The notes: generated by a model not told the origin, from the letters alone. A stretch of DNA of 64,000 nt from an uncultured Phycisphaerales bacterium (GCA_963755915.1 CAVWLP010000003.1:544001-608000); one strand, 5' to 3'. Positions 1 through 11,004 are shown, counted from the stretch's first letter. Made by a program: numbers and translations.

Positions 1-225
1 TCCATCTACGAACCCTCTGTACAAATGGGAATCCAATTCCAAATCGCCGCGGGCGACGGTCCCCTCCACGAGTGGTCTTGCCGTCGTCCCGTCGGCGAAG
101 AAAACGCTCTCTTGCATGGGCTTTGCCTTGGGCTGCGACCCCATATTTTCCTTCCAGCAACCCGCCGCCAAGAGCAATGGAGCGAGCGCGAAGAGCGCAC
201 GAAATAGACTCACGTAGCGCTTCAT
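1..225 (-). CDS. actE: Alternative complex III cytochrome c lipoprotein subunit ActE (5' part; runs off window)
   Basis: Manual translation from ATG 225: MKRYVSLFRALFALAPLLLAAGCWKENMGSQPKAKPMQESVFFADG...VARG. Lipobox LAAGC; ATGA overlap with actD stop; operon position. Confidence 0.8.
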   Translation of the reverse strand, partial: MKRYVSLFRALFALAPLLLAAGCWKENMGSQPKAKPMQESVFFADGTTARPLVEGTVARGDLELDSHLYRGFVDG

Positions 226-761
226 TTCGGCACCTCATATATGCCCAGCGCTTGCAGCGATCCCATAAACTCCCGCGTCTGTTGCAAATCGAATTTCGAA
301 TCGTTCGATTCAATGCAGAGGAAGAAACGGCTCTGACTGGCCAAGTCGAATTGGGGAACATTGAACAACGAATGATAGGGATGCGGGAAACCGTTGAGCG
401 CCAGCATTCCAAATGCGCCGGCAAGACCCGCGCCAAGGATCGTCAGTTCAAAAGTGATGGGGATAAATGCTGGCCAGGAATAAAGCGGCCTTCCCCCGAC
501 GTTGATTGGATAACTGTACGTGGCGGCGTAAACCTGCATCAGGAATCCGCCCAGGCCACCGAAAATACCGCCGAGAAGGAAAATGAGCGGCACGCGGTTT
601 CGCGGTAGACGCAGCGCCTCATCCAGGCCGGGAACTGCGAACGGCGTTAACGCATCAAGGCGCACATAACCGGCATCGCGCGATTAACGCGCGGCCTTGA
701 CAAGCTTTTCGGCGGAGTCGAATTCCGCCAGCAGGCCATATAGGGTGCGCTGCCCTGTCAT
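222..761 (-). CDS. actD: Alternative complex III subunit ActD (DUF3341), interrupted by an in-frame TAA at 684-686
   Basis: ATG 761 overlaps actC stop: MTGQRTLYGLLAEFDSAEKLVKAAR*SRDAGYVRLDALTPFAVPGL...YPINVGGRP...FELTIL, typical ActD motifs. Confidence 0.85.
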
Positions 762-2146
762 GCCGCCTCCTTGGGGATCTGATTGGATTGCTCATGAACG
801 AGCTCTCGCATCTCGGAGATTGAGATGGCCGGGAGGACACGAACGAATAGGAGGAAACAGAACGTGAAAAATCCGATACTGCCGAAAAGCGTCGCCCAAT
901 CCCATCGCGTCGGGTAATACATTCCCCAGCTCGACGGTAGGAAATCCCGGTGCAGGCTGGTAATAATGATGACGAACCGCTCCATCCACATACCAATCTG
1001 CACGATGAACGAAATCAGGAATAGGAGCGGCACGCTGCGGCGAATGGCGCGGAACCAGATGAGTTGCGGGGTGATCACATTACAGAAAATCAGAACGCTG
1101 TATGTGATCCAATAGCTTCCAGCCATGCGATTGACGTTCATGTACATGTCGAATTCGTTGCCACTGAGCCAACCGTAGAAAGCTTCCGCCGCGTAGCCGT
1201 AAGCGACGATCAAGCCGGTCACGAGCATGAGCTTTGCGCAGTTTTCCAAGTGGCGGATGGTGATGAAGTCCTCCAGGCCGTAAGCCCAGCGCAGTGGAAT
1301 GGCCAATGTCAGGACCATAGCGAATCCCGAAAAGATGGCGCCGGCAACGAAATAGGGCGGGAAAATAGTGCTGTGCCACCCTGGCAATTGCGCGGCCGCG
1401 AAATCCATACCGACGACGCTGTGAACGGACACCACCAGTGGCGCCGCCAGACCTGCCAGTAATAGGTAAGCGGTTTGATATCGATTCCAGTGCCGAGCCG
1501 AACCGCGCCATCCCAGCGCCAGAAATCCATAAATAATCCTCCGGATATTCGAGCGGGCTTTGTCGCGTAATGTTGCCAGATCCGGAATTAATCCCACATA
1601 CCAGAACACCAGTGAAATGGTCGCATACGTGCTGACCGCGAACACGTCCCAAACCAATGGGCTTCGGAACTGCGGCCACAGCCACATCGTATTTGGATAT
1701 GGCAGCAGCCAGAAAAATTCCCACGGTCGGCCCAGATGCAATAGGGGAAACATCCCGGCGCACGCGACCGCAAATAAAGTCATCGCTTCGGCGAAACGGT
1801 TGATGCTTGTGCGCCAATCCTGATACATCAGGAAAAGCATCGCGCTAATGAACGTGCCGGCATGTCCGATTCCGATCCACCAGACGAAATTGACAATGGC
1901 AAAACCCCAGGCGACCGGAATGTCGATGCCCCATATTCCAACGCCGCGCAGAAATAAATAGGATACCGCCGCGGTCAAAACCAAGACCAGCAATGCCGCC
2001 ATGGCAAAACCAACTCTCCACACGCGCCCTGACTTTCGGCTAAGCACGACCGAGCTGATTTTCTCTGTCACGCTTTGATAGCTGTGCCCGGCTGCCAGAA
2101 CTTCCGACCCGCGGGAAACGGCGATTTCGGTCGAGGCCGCACTCAT
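758..2146 (-). CDS. actC: Alternative complex III quinol-oxidising membrane subunit ActC (NrfD/PsrC family)
   Basis: NFVWWIGIGHAGTFISA, WRTSINRFAEAMT, LHLGRPW, SPLVWDVFAV motifs; multi-pass membrane protein. Confidence 0.95.
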   Translation of the reverse strand: MSAASTEIAVSRGSEVLAAGHSYQSVTEKISSVVLSRKSGRVWRVGFAMAALLVLVLTAAVSYLFLRGVGIWGIDIPVAWGFAIVNFVWWIGIGHAGTFISAMLFLMYQDWRTSINRFAEAMTLFAVACAGMFPLLHLGRPWEFFWLLPYPNTMWLWPQFRSPLVWDVFAVSTYATISLVFWYVGLIPDLATLRDKARSNIRRIIYGFLALGWRGSARHWNRYQTAYLLLAGLAAPLVVSVHSVVGMDFAAAQLPGWHSTIFPPYFVAGAIFSGFAMVLTLAIPLRWAYGLEDFITIRHLENCAKLMLVTGLIVAYGYAAEAFYGWLSGNEFDMYMNVNRMAGSYWITYSVLIFCNVITPQLIWFRAIRRSVPLLFLISFIVQIGMWMERFVIIITSLHRDFLPSSWGMYYPTRWDWATLFGSIGFFTFCFLLFVRVLPAISISEMRELVHEQSNQIPKEAA

Positions 2147-5100
2147 GACTGAGCCCCCTCCTTTTCAATTGCGGGATTCGGATTTTGAATCCGCGCCAAA
2201 TAGGTTGTTCGCGGCTGCGTGGTCAGCTCTGCCAATAGCGAATAGTTCAGTGGTTGCCGCTTGAGTTGAGCGACCTTGCTGAGATGGTCGGTGCTAAATT
2301 CATGAATTGGATCGAGTTTTGCGTTCAGATTGCCGAAAACGATCGCCTGCGTGGGACAGGCCTGCTGGCAGGCTGTCTGGAGTCCGTCCAGTTTCTGCTG
2401 GCGAAGCTCGGCGCTCTTGCGTTGAATTGCCGCCGCCTCATCTGAACCCGCCGCCTGGCGCGCCTCTTCGTCCATCTGTACCTGCAAAATCTCCATATCG
2501 ATCCGAGTCGCCACGATGCGCTGAATGCAATAAGAGCATTTTTCCATTACGCCGCGGCTGCGCACGGTTACTTCGGGATTGCGCATGAGCTTGAGGCTTT
2601 CGGTGGTCCGGTCGGCAAACTGCAGGAAATTGAATCGCCGAACCTTGTACGGACAATTGTTGCTGCAATACCGTGTGCCGACACAGCGGTTGTAAACCAT
2701 GTCGTTTATCCCCTCGTTATCGTGGACAGTTGCACCCACGGGGCAAACCAGTTCGCACGGCGCGTTCTCGCATTGCTGACAGGGGACCGGCTGGTGATAC
2801 GCAGCCGTCGGTGATTCCGGATTCCCTTCGTAATAGGTGTCCACCCGTATCCAGTGCATCTCTCGGCCGCGGGAGACCTCGTCCTTGCCTACAACCGGAA
2901 TATTATTTTCCGTCTGACAGGCCAGGATGCAGGCGTTGCATCCGATACACGATTGCAAGTCGATGGACATGCCCCAGGCAAGATTATTTTTGTAAGTATC
3001 GCCAAATCCGGGGTAAAGGGTCAGGTGATGGCGATCCTCCGGTTCATCCAGTTGTTTCACGAAATCGGGGTCATCGACGAACTGCTGAAGCGTGCCGACG
3101 CGGATGAGCTTGCGATTGTCCAGGCTGTCGTTGCCAGGGTGCTGAACAACTTCCGCGTCCAAATCGAGTTCTCGCCGCTCGGCTATGGTTTGATGAGTGT
3201 GCGTTGCCACAAGAGGATAACTTCCATCGATGCGGCGCACGTCCGCTCCGGTGACAAACCAACAATGATCGCTCGTCCGCAATCTGTATGCGTTGAATCC
3301 CGCTCCTGTGCCGACCGAACCGGCGCGCCAGCGGCCGTATCCAAGGTGGAGAGTGATCGTGTCATCAGGCAGGCCGGGCACAATCCACGCCGGAATTTCG
3401 AGAGAACGGCCCTGGCTGGTAATTTGCAGCATGTCGCCATTTGACGCACCCAGTTTGTTGGCGCTATTGACGCTGAGCAAAGCGGCGTTGTCCCACGTCA
3501 GTTTTGTGAGCGGCTTGGCGAGTTCCTGAAGAAATCCGTTGTTGGTATACGTTCCGTCCCAAATGCACGGATCCGGCCGGAAGATTAGCTCAAATTTGCC
3601 GGAATCTGAGTCCCTTGAAGCCACAGGAATTGATACCGCTGCATTGATGCGAGGTTCTTCAGCACTGAAATTACCCAACCAGATTCCCTTTTCGAGCGAT
3701 TGCCGCCAGACCGATTCAAAATCACTTCGTCCATGTTGTCCCGCCCAGAATTCGCGCGCTATTTCATAACCTCCTCGGAAGTATCCCATGACAATCAAAT
3801 CCATCACCTCAATCGCCGATCGCCCGGCATACAATGGAGAAATGAGCGGCTGAACCATCGAAACCGAGCCATCATATGCGCGGGCATCGGACCACTCCTC
3901 AAGAAAATGGGTTTGCGGAAGATGCCATTGACACTTGAATGATGTTTCATCGTCGTACATTCCCAACCGAACGGTGAGATTCCGGTCCGCGCGCTTGGAA
4001 AATTCCTCCAGCACGGAATCAAATGGGAGATCAGCCGGTGCCGTATAGCACGGGTTTCCGCCCAAAATGATAAGCGTGTCGACCTCGCTCCTATCCATCC
4101 GGCTCATCAGTTCAGAAAGTGATCCGTCGGGATCCCCTTCCACCGGGGCGGCATAAATGACCGTGTTGCTGATATTCCCAAGAGCGTCGTTGATGGAATG
4201 GACAACCGCATGAACGTCCGGCGGTTGTGCAACGCCGGCCAGCACAAGAGTCCGGCCTTTATTGGCCAGCAGATCATCGGCCACCGCTTTCGTCCATCCT
4301 CGCGCAGCTGAAGGATTTTTAATCGCGGCCGCCAATTGTGCTGCAGCATCCGCGATCTGGGATGGGGGCATTGCCCAACGATGATCGGCCATCGTGCCGG
4401 TGATGGTGGCCGTGCTTTCCACGGCATACAGGCGATTCATTCGCGTTACTCCCTCGCGAATTCGCCGGCCATCAGCAAAATCTCGGGAATACCGGCTATG
4501 TCCGGGCTCATCGGAAAGAAAATCACAATCCAACGAGACGATCACTGACGCCTTCGAAAAATCGAAGCGAGGCATGATTTCTTGTCTCGTGGCGGTCCGC
4601 AACCCATCGCGAATATTTCGTCGCGACAGTGAATCATGAACGAACCATGCTGCACCGGGATATTTCGCTTTTAGACCGCGGATTTGTTTCAGTAATGTCG
4701 GTGAGGTCACCGTCTCAGTGAGAATCGCCAGAGCCGATCCATCCGCGATTTTCGGAGCCAGGCGGGGCCGAATGACGCCGATGAACATATCCCAATCACT
4801 GATCACACCGCCGCGCAAAACCGACTGCGAACGATCGGGATCGTACATATCCAACAGAGCGGCCTGCAGAAATACGTCGCTGGCGCCGAGATTGGCTGGA
4901 TGATCCGGATTGCCGTCAAGCTTAATCGGGCGGCCTTCGCGGCTAGTGGCGATGATTCCTTGCCCATATCCACCCAGGGTCATAGCAGTCGCAAAATAGA
5001 GTGGTCGGCCAGGAGTCACTTCCGCGGGCTGGCGGACATAAGGCACAATTGTTTCGCTGATCTTTGGCTTGCAGCCGGCCAATCCGGCCATTGCCATCGA

Positions 5101-5277
5101 GGCCGCCAGCGCCTTGAGAAACGTTCGCCGTGAAGGTCCATTTTCCCCATCCAACGCTCCAGGCGGAAATTCGTCCCGCATCAATCGGCGAAACTCGGGT
5201 GAGTTCTCCCATTGCTCCAGACTTTTCCAGTACCGGCTGGATCGTTTGGACCGAGGTTTGCTCGATGAAAGTTTCAT
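2143..5277 (-). CDS. actB: Alternative complex III subunit ActB (molybdopterin-oxidoreductase-like domain + Fe-S domain, Tat-exported)
   Basis: YWKSLE N-terminus, Tat motif SRRTFLK, C-terminal Fe-S motifs CIGCNACILAC, CQQCENAPCELVCP, CVGTRYCSNNCPY, CQQACP. Confidence 0.95.
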   Translation of the reverse strand: MKLSSSKPRSKRSSRYWKSLEQWENSPEFRRLMRDEFPPGALDGENGPSRRTFLKALAASMAMAGLAGCKPKISETIVPYVRQPAEVTPGRPLYFATAMTLGGYGQGIIATSREGRPIKLDGNPDHPANLGASDVFLQAALLDMYDPDRSQSVLRGGVISDWDMFIGVIRPRLAPKIADGSALAILTETVTSPTLLKQIRGLKAKYPGAAWFVHDSLSRRNIRDGLRTATRQEIMPRFDFSKASVIVSLDCDFLSDEPGHSRYSRDFADGRRIREGVTRMNRLYAVESTATITGTMADHRWAMPPSQIADAAAQLAAAIKNPSAARGWTKAVADDLLANKGRTLVLAGVAQPPDVHAVVHSINDALGNISNTVIYAAPVEGDPDGSLSELMSRMDRSEVDTLIILGGNPCYTAPADLPFDSVLEEFSKRADRNLTVRLGMYDDETSFKCQWHLPQTHFLEEWSDARAYDGSVSMVQPLISPLYAGRSAIEVMDLIVMGYFRGGYEIAREFWAGQHGRSDFESVWRQSLEKGIWLGNFSAEEPRINAAVSIPVASRDSDSGKFELIFRPDPCIWDGTYTNNGFLQELAKPLTKLTWDNAALLSVNSANKLGASNGDMLQITSQGRSLEIPAWIVPGLPDDTITLHLGYGRWRAGSVGTGAGFNAYRLRTSDHCWFVTGADVRRIDGSYPLVATHTHQTIAERRELDLDAEVVQHPGNDSLDNRKLIRVGTLQQFVDDPDFVKQLDEPEDRHHLTLYPGFGDTYKNNLAWGMSIDLQSCIGCNACILACQTENNIPVVGKDEVSRGREMHWIRVDTYYEGNPESPTAAYHQPVPCQQCENAPCELVCPVGATVHDNEGINDMVYNRCVGTRYCSNNCPYKVRRFNFLQFADRTTESLKLMRNPEVTVRSRGVMEKCSYCIQRIVATRIDMEILQVQMDEEARQAAGSDEAAAIQRKSAELRQQKLDGLQTACQQACPTQAIVFGNLNAKLDPIHEFSTDHLSKVAQLKRQPLNYSLLAELTTQPRTTYLARIQNPNPAIEKEGAQS

Positions 5278-5283
5278 AAACAA

Positions 5284-5985
5284 TCAGCGATGACACGTAT
5301 AGCAATTGGTTATCCGGCCGTCCGTGGGAATGTGATAAAGATCGATCAGCGCCCGTCCCAGCGATTCCTGGTCGGTCACCTGATGCTGGGTATCGGAAAA
5401 CTCCCGCTTGACATTGTTGTCGATGACAAAGTTCATATTGAATACCTGATCGCGCGGCCGGAGATATTCCTGTGGGCTCCGATGACATTCCAAACACCAT
5501 CGCATCTGAAGGCTGGCGTTCTGGAACATCAGCGGCATCTTGTCGACTTGGCCATGGCAGCTCACGCAGCCGATTCCCTTGTTGACATGAATATCGTGCG
5601 GGAAATAGACAAAATCAGGGAGATTATGAACGCGAGTCCACTTGATGGGGATTTCATCGCTCCAGCTTTTGCGAATGGGTTCGAGCAATGGCGCGTCCGT
5701 CCAGATGCGCGAGTGGCAGGTCATGCAGGTTTTGGTTGCCGGTAGTCCCGCAAAAGTGGAATCGGTTACGGAAGTGTGGCAATAGCGGCAGTCGATTCCC
5801 AAATCGTGAACATGATGCTGGTGGCTGAACGGAACAGGCTGATCGCGCACAACCCCCTGGTTCGTCACGTAGGGAGAGAAATCCACCGTTGTCGCAGCGA
5901 TCGCAAAAATGAGCGTTCCTCCCAGGCATCCGAAAACGACTGCCTTGGCGACGGCATTGGCGCTCGGATGAAAAATCTGCGGCAA
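5284..5985 (-). CDS. actA: Alternative complex III pentaheme cytochrome c ActA
   Basis: Five CXXCH motifs (CRYCH, CMTCH, CVSCH, CLECH, CYTCH), QPVPFSH motif, N-terminal TM helix; TTG start as assembled. Confidence 0.93.
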   Translation of the reverse strand: MPQIFHPSANAVAKAVVFGCLGGTLIFAIAATTVDFSPYVTNQGVVRDQPVPFSHQHHVHDLGIDCRYCHTSVTDSTFAGLPATKTCMTCHSRIWTDAPLLEPIRKSWSDEIPIKWTRVHNLPDFVYFPHDIHVNKGIGCVSCHGQVDKMPLMFQNASLQMRWCLECHRSPQEYLRPRDQVFNMNFVIDNNVKREFSDTQHQVTDQESLGRALIDLYHIPTDGRITNCYTCHR

Positions 5986-6393
5986 TGGCCCGCGTCCTTT
6001 CCTGAATGATTTTCGGGACAGAAAGCTTTCGCATCTTCATGCATTTGCCAGCGGATGGGAGCGCTAAAAATTGGCATGCGCGATGTTAAAGACCGCCTGA
6101 GCCATTTTCTCCGTATCGCATGCGCGAATTTTCCGCACTGTTTTGCCGGAGTATAAACACTAAATAAATCCCAAATCAGTTCGCGCGTTGTTAAATGGAA
6201 GAGCCGTACAATTGGTCTGTACTCATTGTTGTCTACAGACAAATTGCGCAAAAGAATTCGCCATTGCCGGGCCCGTTTTCATCTCTCGAATTCAGGAAGA
6301 GTCAAAAGCACTACTGCTCAGATGTTGCATTTTTCATGGTGCAACTGCCCGGCTGACCGCCCCTTGGAATGCATAACTCTTGATTCTTAGGCA

Positions 6394-6825
6394 TTATGCA
6401 AATAATGCGACCTCCGGGGTCGCGCCCCTACGATATGAAACGAAACAGGCCAGCCACAAACGGCTGACCTGAAACGACTTCCAATAGCGGGGGGCCGTTA
6501 CGTTACTCGTCGTATCGTAAAAGTGGCGTTTTGGCTCTGTTTTCGACGCGCAGCGTAGAGAATTATTTACTGCGAATACTTCTGGCCTGGGACGTACCGC
6601 CTGGACTGCCCGTACGCTCACCTTGCGAATGCAATCGAGCAATTCTTCGCGCCGGGCATCCTTCAGCAAATATCCTTTAGCTCCTGCCTTGATTGCGCGG
6701 CAAATGTCGTTGTCGCTGTCGTAGGTCGTGAGAATCACAATTCGGGCAGAAGGGTCTTCTCGCCGGATTTCGTCAATGACGTCCACACCGTCTAGAACGG
6801 GCATTCGCAAATCAAGAAGCGTCAC
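6394..6825 (-). pseudogene. Fragment of a NarL/LuxR-type response regulator (central part of receiver domain only)
   Basis: LLDLRMPVLDG...IVILTTYD...AGAKGYLLKD present; receiver N-terminus and HTH missing, tail degenerate. Confidence 0.7.
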
Positions 6826-6989
6826 AGTTGCCGGCGCACTGGGACTTCGCTTGATCGTAGCTTACCCTTCTTCGGGGAATACAGCCGATCCGCAATTGAT
6901 TGTGCTTTGATTCTGGTAGGACACAAATCAATTCCACCGTCACACCAGCGATAAGGAAAGTCCCGATTGGATGCGCACGGCTACAGCAG

Positions 6990-7520
6990 TCACCACGTTA
7001 TCAGGGCGCGGCGGACTGTCTCAATGTGTTGCCTTCGAATGGGGCCATAGCAACGGCTATCGAAGCTGTTGGGAATCCGGTCAGAGAAAACGAAGAATTC
7101 GTCAGCACCAAGCACGCGAGACTGTCGCCAGACTGGAAGCGGGAGGCCGCCAGTGTCGTTTGTTGGAGGCATTGAGGCGATTTGCCGTCCATTTATCAGC
7201 AGCCATTCGCCGGTGGTATCGACGCGGTCACCCGGCCCGGCGACAATTGGTTTAAGGATGTACCAGTCCTCACCATTCTGGCCGGTTCGTGATTCTATGT
7301 AATTTCTCGCAGCAGGCGGAATGCGGAAGTCAACGATCTGTCCGACCGCCGGTTCGGAAGAAGATCGCAAATATAGTCCCGGCTGTACGCTCGGAGACGT
7401 GTTGATGACGATTTGGCGGTTGGCAAAGAGCATTGACGACACGGCGAGCGCCGCGAGTCCGACTAGACTGGCGAGCCAGATCCAATGCAGCCGTGGGCAT
7501 TTCACCTTGACCGCCGTCAC
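6990..7520 (-). CDS. traF: Conjugative transfer S26 peptidase (TraF-like pilin maturase)
   Basis: N-terminal TM; Ser-Lys dyad motifs NTSPSVQPGLY and ILKPIVAGPGD; C-terminal SFDSRCYGPI. Start uncertain (GTG 7520). Confidence 0.85.
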   Translation of the reverse strand: MTAVKVKCPRLHWIWLASLVGLAALAVSSMLFANRQIVINTSPSVQPGLYLRSSSEPAVGQIVDFRIPPAARNYIESRTGQNGEDWYILKPIVAGPGDRVDTTGEWLLINGRQIASMPPTNDTGGLPLPVWRQSRVLGADEFFVFSDRIPNSFDSRCYGPIRRQHIETVRRALITW

Positions 7521-7521
7521 A

Positions 7522-8112
7522 CTATGCAGCCTTTCGTGGGGGCATTGGTGGCCGCTGTTGCAACATGACCAAAAAGGATGCGTCCCTCCAATACGATGCG
7601 GGTAATGAAGCAGGATCAATGCCAGACAGTTTGATGGAATGGATCAGTGTGAGAAGGCGATCCACGCCGCCGCCGTGGCCCGCTGGCCCTGTCTGGTCTA
7701 CCATCGCATGCACTAACACAGCCGACGAGATTCCTGGAATCGGGAACCCTCGGGTTCGATCGTTCGAGGCTTCAACAACTGCCAGAACGCGATGCTGACG
7801 GCCGTCCGGGTGCCATCGTTGGCAGGCGACCGCGAAGACTTGGCCAGGTCGGAAACGGTATAGGCGGGGGACGCGGGCACTTGACCTCTCGCGGGCTGGC
7901 CGCGCGATAGGGTGACCGAAACATAGTCGATCCACCCCAACCGCGAATTCGTCGCGGGCGACGAATTCAGTGAAACACATTTTGCGCATATCTCTCCTCC
8001 GTACTGCATGAAAGTCGGCGCGAGCCCGGCCATCGCCGCTGCGGCGCATGGCAAGCAGCCCGCCGAAGGCACAGGATTTCAATTCCTGAATACGCGATGT
8101 TGTGAAGGTCAA
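7522..8112 (-). CDS. DUF2840-like protein of Tn4371-type ICE / conjugative modules
   Basis: RLCFGHP...FRPGQVFA...IPGI...GIDPASLPASYWR resembles DUF2840; lies directly upstream of traF as in Tn4371-family elements. Start uncertain. Confidence 0.65.
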   Translation of the reverse strand: MTFTTSRIQELKSCAFGGLLAMRRSGDGRARADFHAVRRRDMRKMCFTEFVARDEFAVGVDRLCFGHPIARPARERSSARVPRLYRFRPGQVFAVACQRWHPDGRQHRVLAVVEASNDRTRGFPIPGISSAVLVHAMVDQTGPAGHGGGVDRLLTLIHSIKLSGIDPASLPASYWRDASFLVMLQQRPPMPPRKAA

Positions 8113-8494
8113 TTACTCATTGCCCGCGCTGACGCCGATAGATCGTTATGTGCGCGTCCCACCCACTTCGGAACATCCTGATTAGACTAGGGCCTGGATG
8201 CACATCTCATATATCGACCGCCATCAATTCGACGGCCTTTCTTCGATACTCAACGGTTCGCACAAGGCCAACGATCTTCATCTGTAGCCGTTTATGCCCA
8301 GCACTGTCCAATACCATTTTGGTCTCAATTAAGACGCCAAACGTATCAAGTCGCCGTTACAGACTAGAAACCTACCCCAGCTTGCCTAGCATCGATCGAA
8401 CTTAGCGCTCGGAATGAAGGAAACTCCAATCTAAACTCGAACTGAACCGTATGTAGTTTAGGAACAACCGCATAGGCACGATTGGGTGGGAGGT

Positions 8495-9399
8495 ATGGAA
8501 CTGCGGCATTTGCGGTATTTCGTCGCTGTGGCAGAAGAATTACATTTCAGCCGCGCGGCGCAGCGTCTCCTGGTGTCTCAACCGCCCCTTAGTCAACAAA
8601 TTAAGGATTTGGAACGAGAAGTCGGGACATTGCTCCTTACGCGGACCCGGCGGCGAGTTGAGCTAACGCAGGCTGGGCGCACATTCCTGAAGGATGCGAA
8701 AGACATTCTCTCGCAGGTAGATTTAGCAGCGAAATCGGCGCAGTGCGCGGGCAGGGACACGAAGGACGTGTCGTCGTTGGATACATGGCCTATGCAGCCA
8801 TCGATCTGTTACCGCGGGCATTGCAGGCGTTCGGCCGTCAGTTTCCCCAAGTGGAAGTGGTGCCGGAACGAATGGTCAGCATCGAACAGGCGAAGGCGCT
8901 GCGCGAGAAGCGGATCGATATTGGGTTGGTCTGCACTCCATTTCCCAAAACCGGTTTAGAAATCGAGGTCGTCCTGAGAGAGCCGTTGGTTGTGGTGCTG
9001 GCACAGCACCACAAATTCGGTCGGCGGCAACGGATTCCGCTGTCCTCGTTGGCGGATGAGCCATTTATTTTTACTCGTCGCCTCTGCGACGCGGGATACC
9101 TTGGACAGGTCACCAAAATCTGCCGGTCCGTTGGCGTAGAGATGAAGGTGCGTGAAGCCCATGATGAGGATGCGATTTTGCCGATGGTCGCCGCCGGGCT
9201 GGGAATATGTTTGGTTCCGGCTTCTGCCCGCAAGATTCGCCACGCTGGCGTACTGTTTCGTGATTTGGAGGAGTGCCCGGGTCGGATCGAATTGGCGGTC
9301 GCGTGGCGGAAGCAAGACACGTCCGTGCTAGTGCGGAACTTTATGGGGTTGATTCGCAATCATGGCCAGAGCGATCAAAAACCAGCTTGCGGGACTTGA
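8495..9399 (+). CDS. LysR-family transcriptional regulator (frameshift near 8750)
   Basis: [39 protein letters not shown]; substrate-binding domain continues in ORF 8743-9399. Confidence 0.9.
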
Positions 9400-9521
9400 G
9401 CAAGGTTTCGTTCACAAGTGAGGCATTTGCCTCCGGGCTGATGCTTCAATCAATGCTGTAGAGCGGTCACGATCTGCGCAGCATCGACGGGAATGACCCA
9501 GCAGATACGCAAAACGACTTC

Positions 9522-10803
9522 CTATCCGATCGCCGCCGCGATTTGTCTAGCCGCCTCTGAATTTTTTTCCGCGTAAATTTCGGTGACGTTCAAAGTTGCG
9601 TGGCCAAGAACATGCTGTGCCGCTTCAATGCCGAAGCGCTTGCGGATTTCAGTTGCCGCGCTGTGACGCAATTGGTGCGGGTGCCAAGCGTGGGCATGAT
9701 GCCATTGTCTCAGCTCCGTGCGCTGCTCCAGAGTCAATCTGAGCTTCCAAGCTCGTATTGATTCGCCATCCATTTGGCCCAGCGGCGGTGGCGGTTGGAA
9801 TGCCAATGCGCACGCGGTAGCCACTGCCCGGCAGTAGCTCCCCACGTCATAGCGGCTCTTGGGTTGCCGTTTTGGCTCGCGCTTGCGATTGGTACCGATG
9901 TTGTTGCCGTAGTTGGCGGGCGTCTTGCGTTTGGCGTGTTGGTCTTCACGTCGTTCCCGCTCGGCTTCCACTGGAGAAAAACAATGGGCGGCGGGATCGA
10001 GACGGAGAAAAGGTTTCAGGACATTCTGCGCCTTTGGGCCGATGAAAATGCTTCGGTGATGGCCGTGGTGGGCGGTCTTGTGACTTGAAGGGGTATAGGT
10101 CCAGATTTCGCCGGTACGGTCGATGTCGCTTGTTCGCATGGCACAGATTTCACCAGGGCGGGCACCGGTCAAGCGCTGCAGTTGCACCATCGCAGCAACG
10201 GTGCGGGAGAGGAATGGCGAGGTCGCGTCAACCGTTGCATCTAAGACGGGTTTTACGGGGTCGCTTTCCTGGGCGTCGGTCCTGCCGGCGCAGACCCGCG
10301 ACGGCTGAAAGCGCATGATGGACCGAAGGCGGCACAAGTTCCTTTGCGACTGCCCACTTGAACATTCTTTTGATCCTGCCCACGCTGATATTAATGCTCC
10401 GGCGCACCCAGCCCTTTTCGATCATCGCGATGCGGACCGCATCTAAGGCAAGAGGGCCAAAATCGCGCGCTGGGGTCGTCCCATACCGCCGATTCAAAAT
10501 CGCGAGCGGTGGCTTGTAGGATCGGATTTCAGACGTCGGCGATCCGTCGGGATGGCGGTAATAGGACTGGGCGTGTTCCCAAAAACGGGCAATGACTTCG
10601 GTCACGGTGATGTCGCTCACGCCGGAGCCGGGCATTCGGCGACCACCGGCGAGCCATACGCCCACCAAGTGGTCATACTCAACCTTGGATGCCTGCGTCT
10701 TCCAAGGACCAAGGTAATAGTCCTTCCCATCTATTGTGACGATGGCTTGTCCAGTAGCCTTGTGCTTGCGATACGATGGATTACGATTGATGAGTCGTGG
10801 CAT
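9522..10803 (-). CDS. int: Tyrosine recombinase / phage-type integrase (frameshift near 10290)
   Basis: N-terminal PSYRKHKATGQAIV arm domain; catalytic GARPGE (R), HKTAHH (K), HQLRH, LGH, IYAE (Y); next to a tRNA 3' end. Confidence 0.92.
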
Positions 10804-10827
10804 AGCGGATACCTCCAATCCAAGCCA

Positions 10828-10847
10828 AAAACGGTAATTACCGTTTT
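10828..10847. promoter_or_regulatory. Perfect 20-bp palindrome upstream of the integrase
   Basis: AAAACGGTAATTACCGTTTT between tRNA-Lys and the int start codon. Confidence 0.5.
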
Positions 10848-10923
10848 GGTGAAGGATTCAAGGCCGCTCTGCCCGACACGGACAGGTACGCTATTCTTCG
10901 CGTTCGGCGTGACTTACATTATA

Positions 10924-10996
<73 letters not shown>

Positions 10997-11004
10997 TTAG
11001 GGGC

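Larger units (their letters stand above)
6394..10923. mobile_element. Degenerate integrative element/ICE remnant inserted at tRNA-Lys; left boundary not visible and may extend past position 1
   Basis: Integrase abutting the tRNA-Lys 3' end, traF + DUF2840, truncated regulator. No second att copy recognised in the window. Confidence 0.65.

Noticed and set aside
8449-8462. 14-mer GTATGTAGTTTAGG shared with 17729-17742
   Set aside because: A few 14-bp matches are expected by chance in 64 kb and the match does not extend; a shared promoter element is possible but unsupported.
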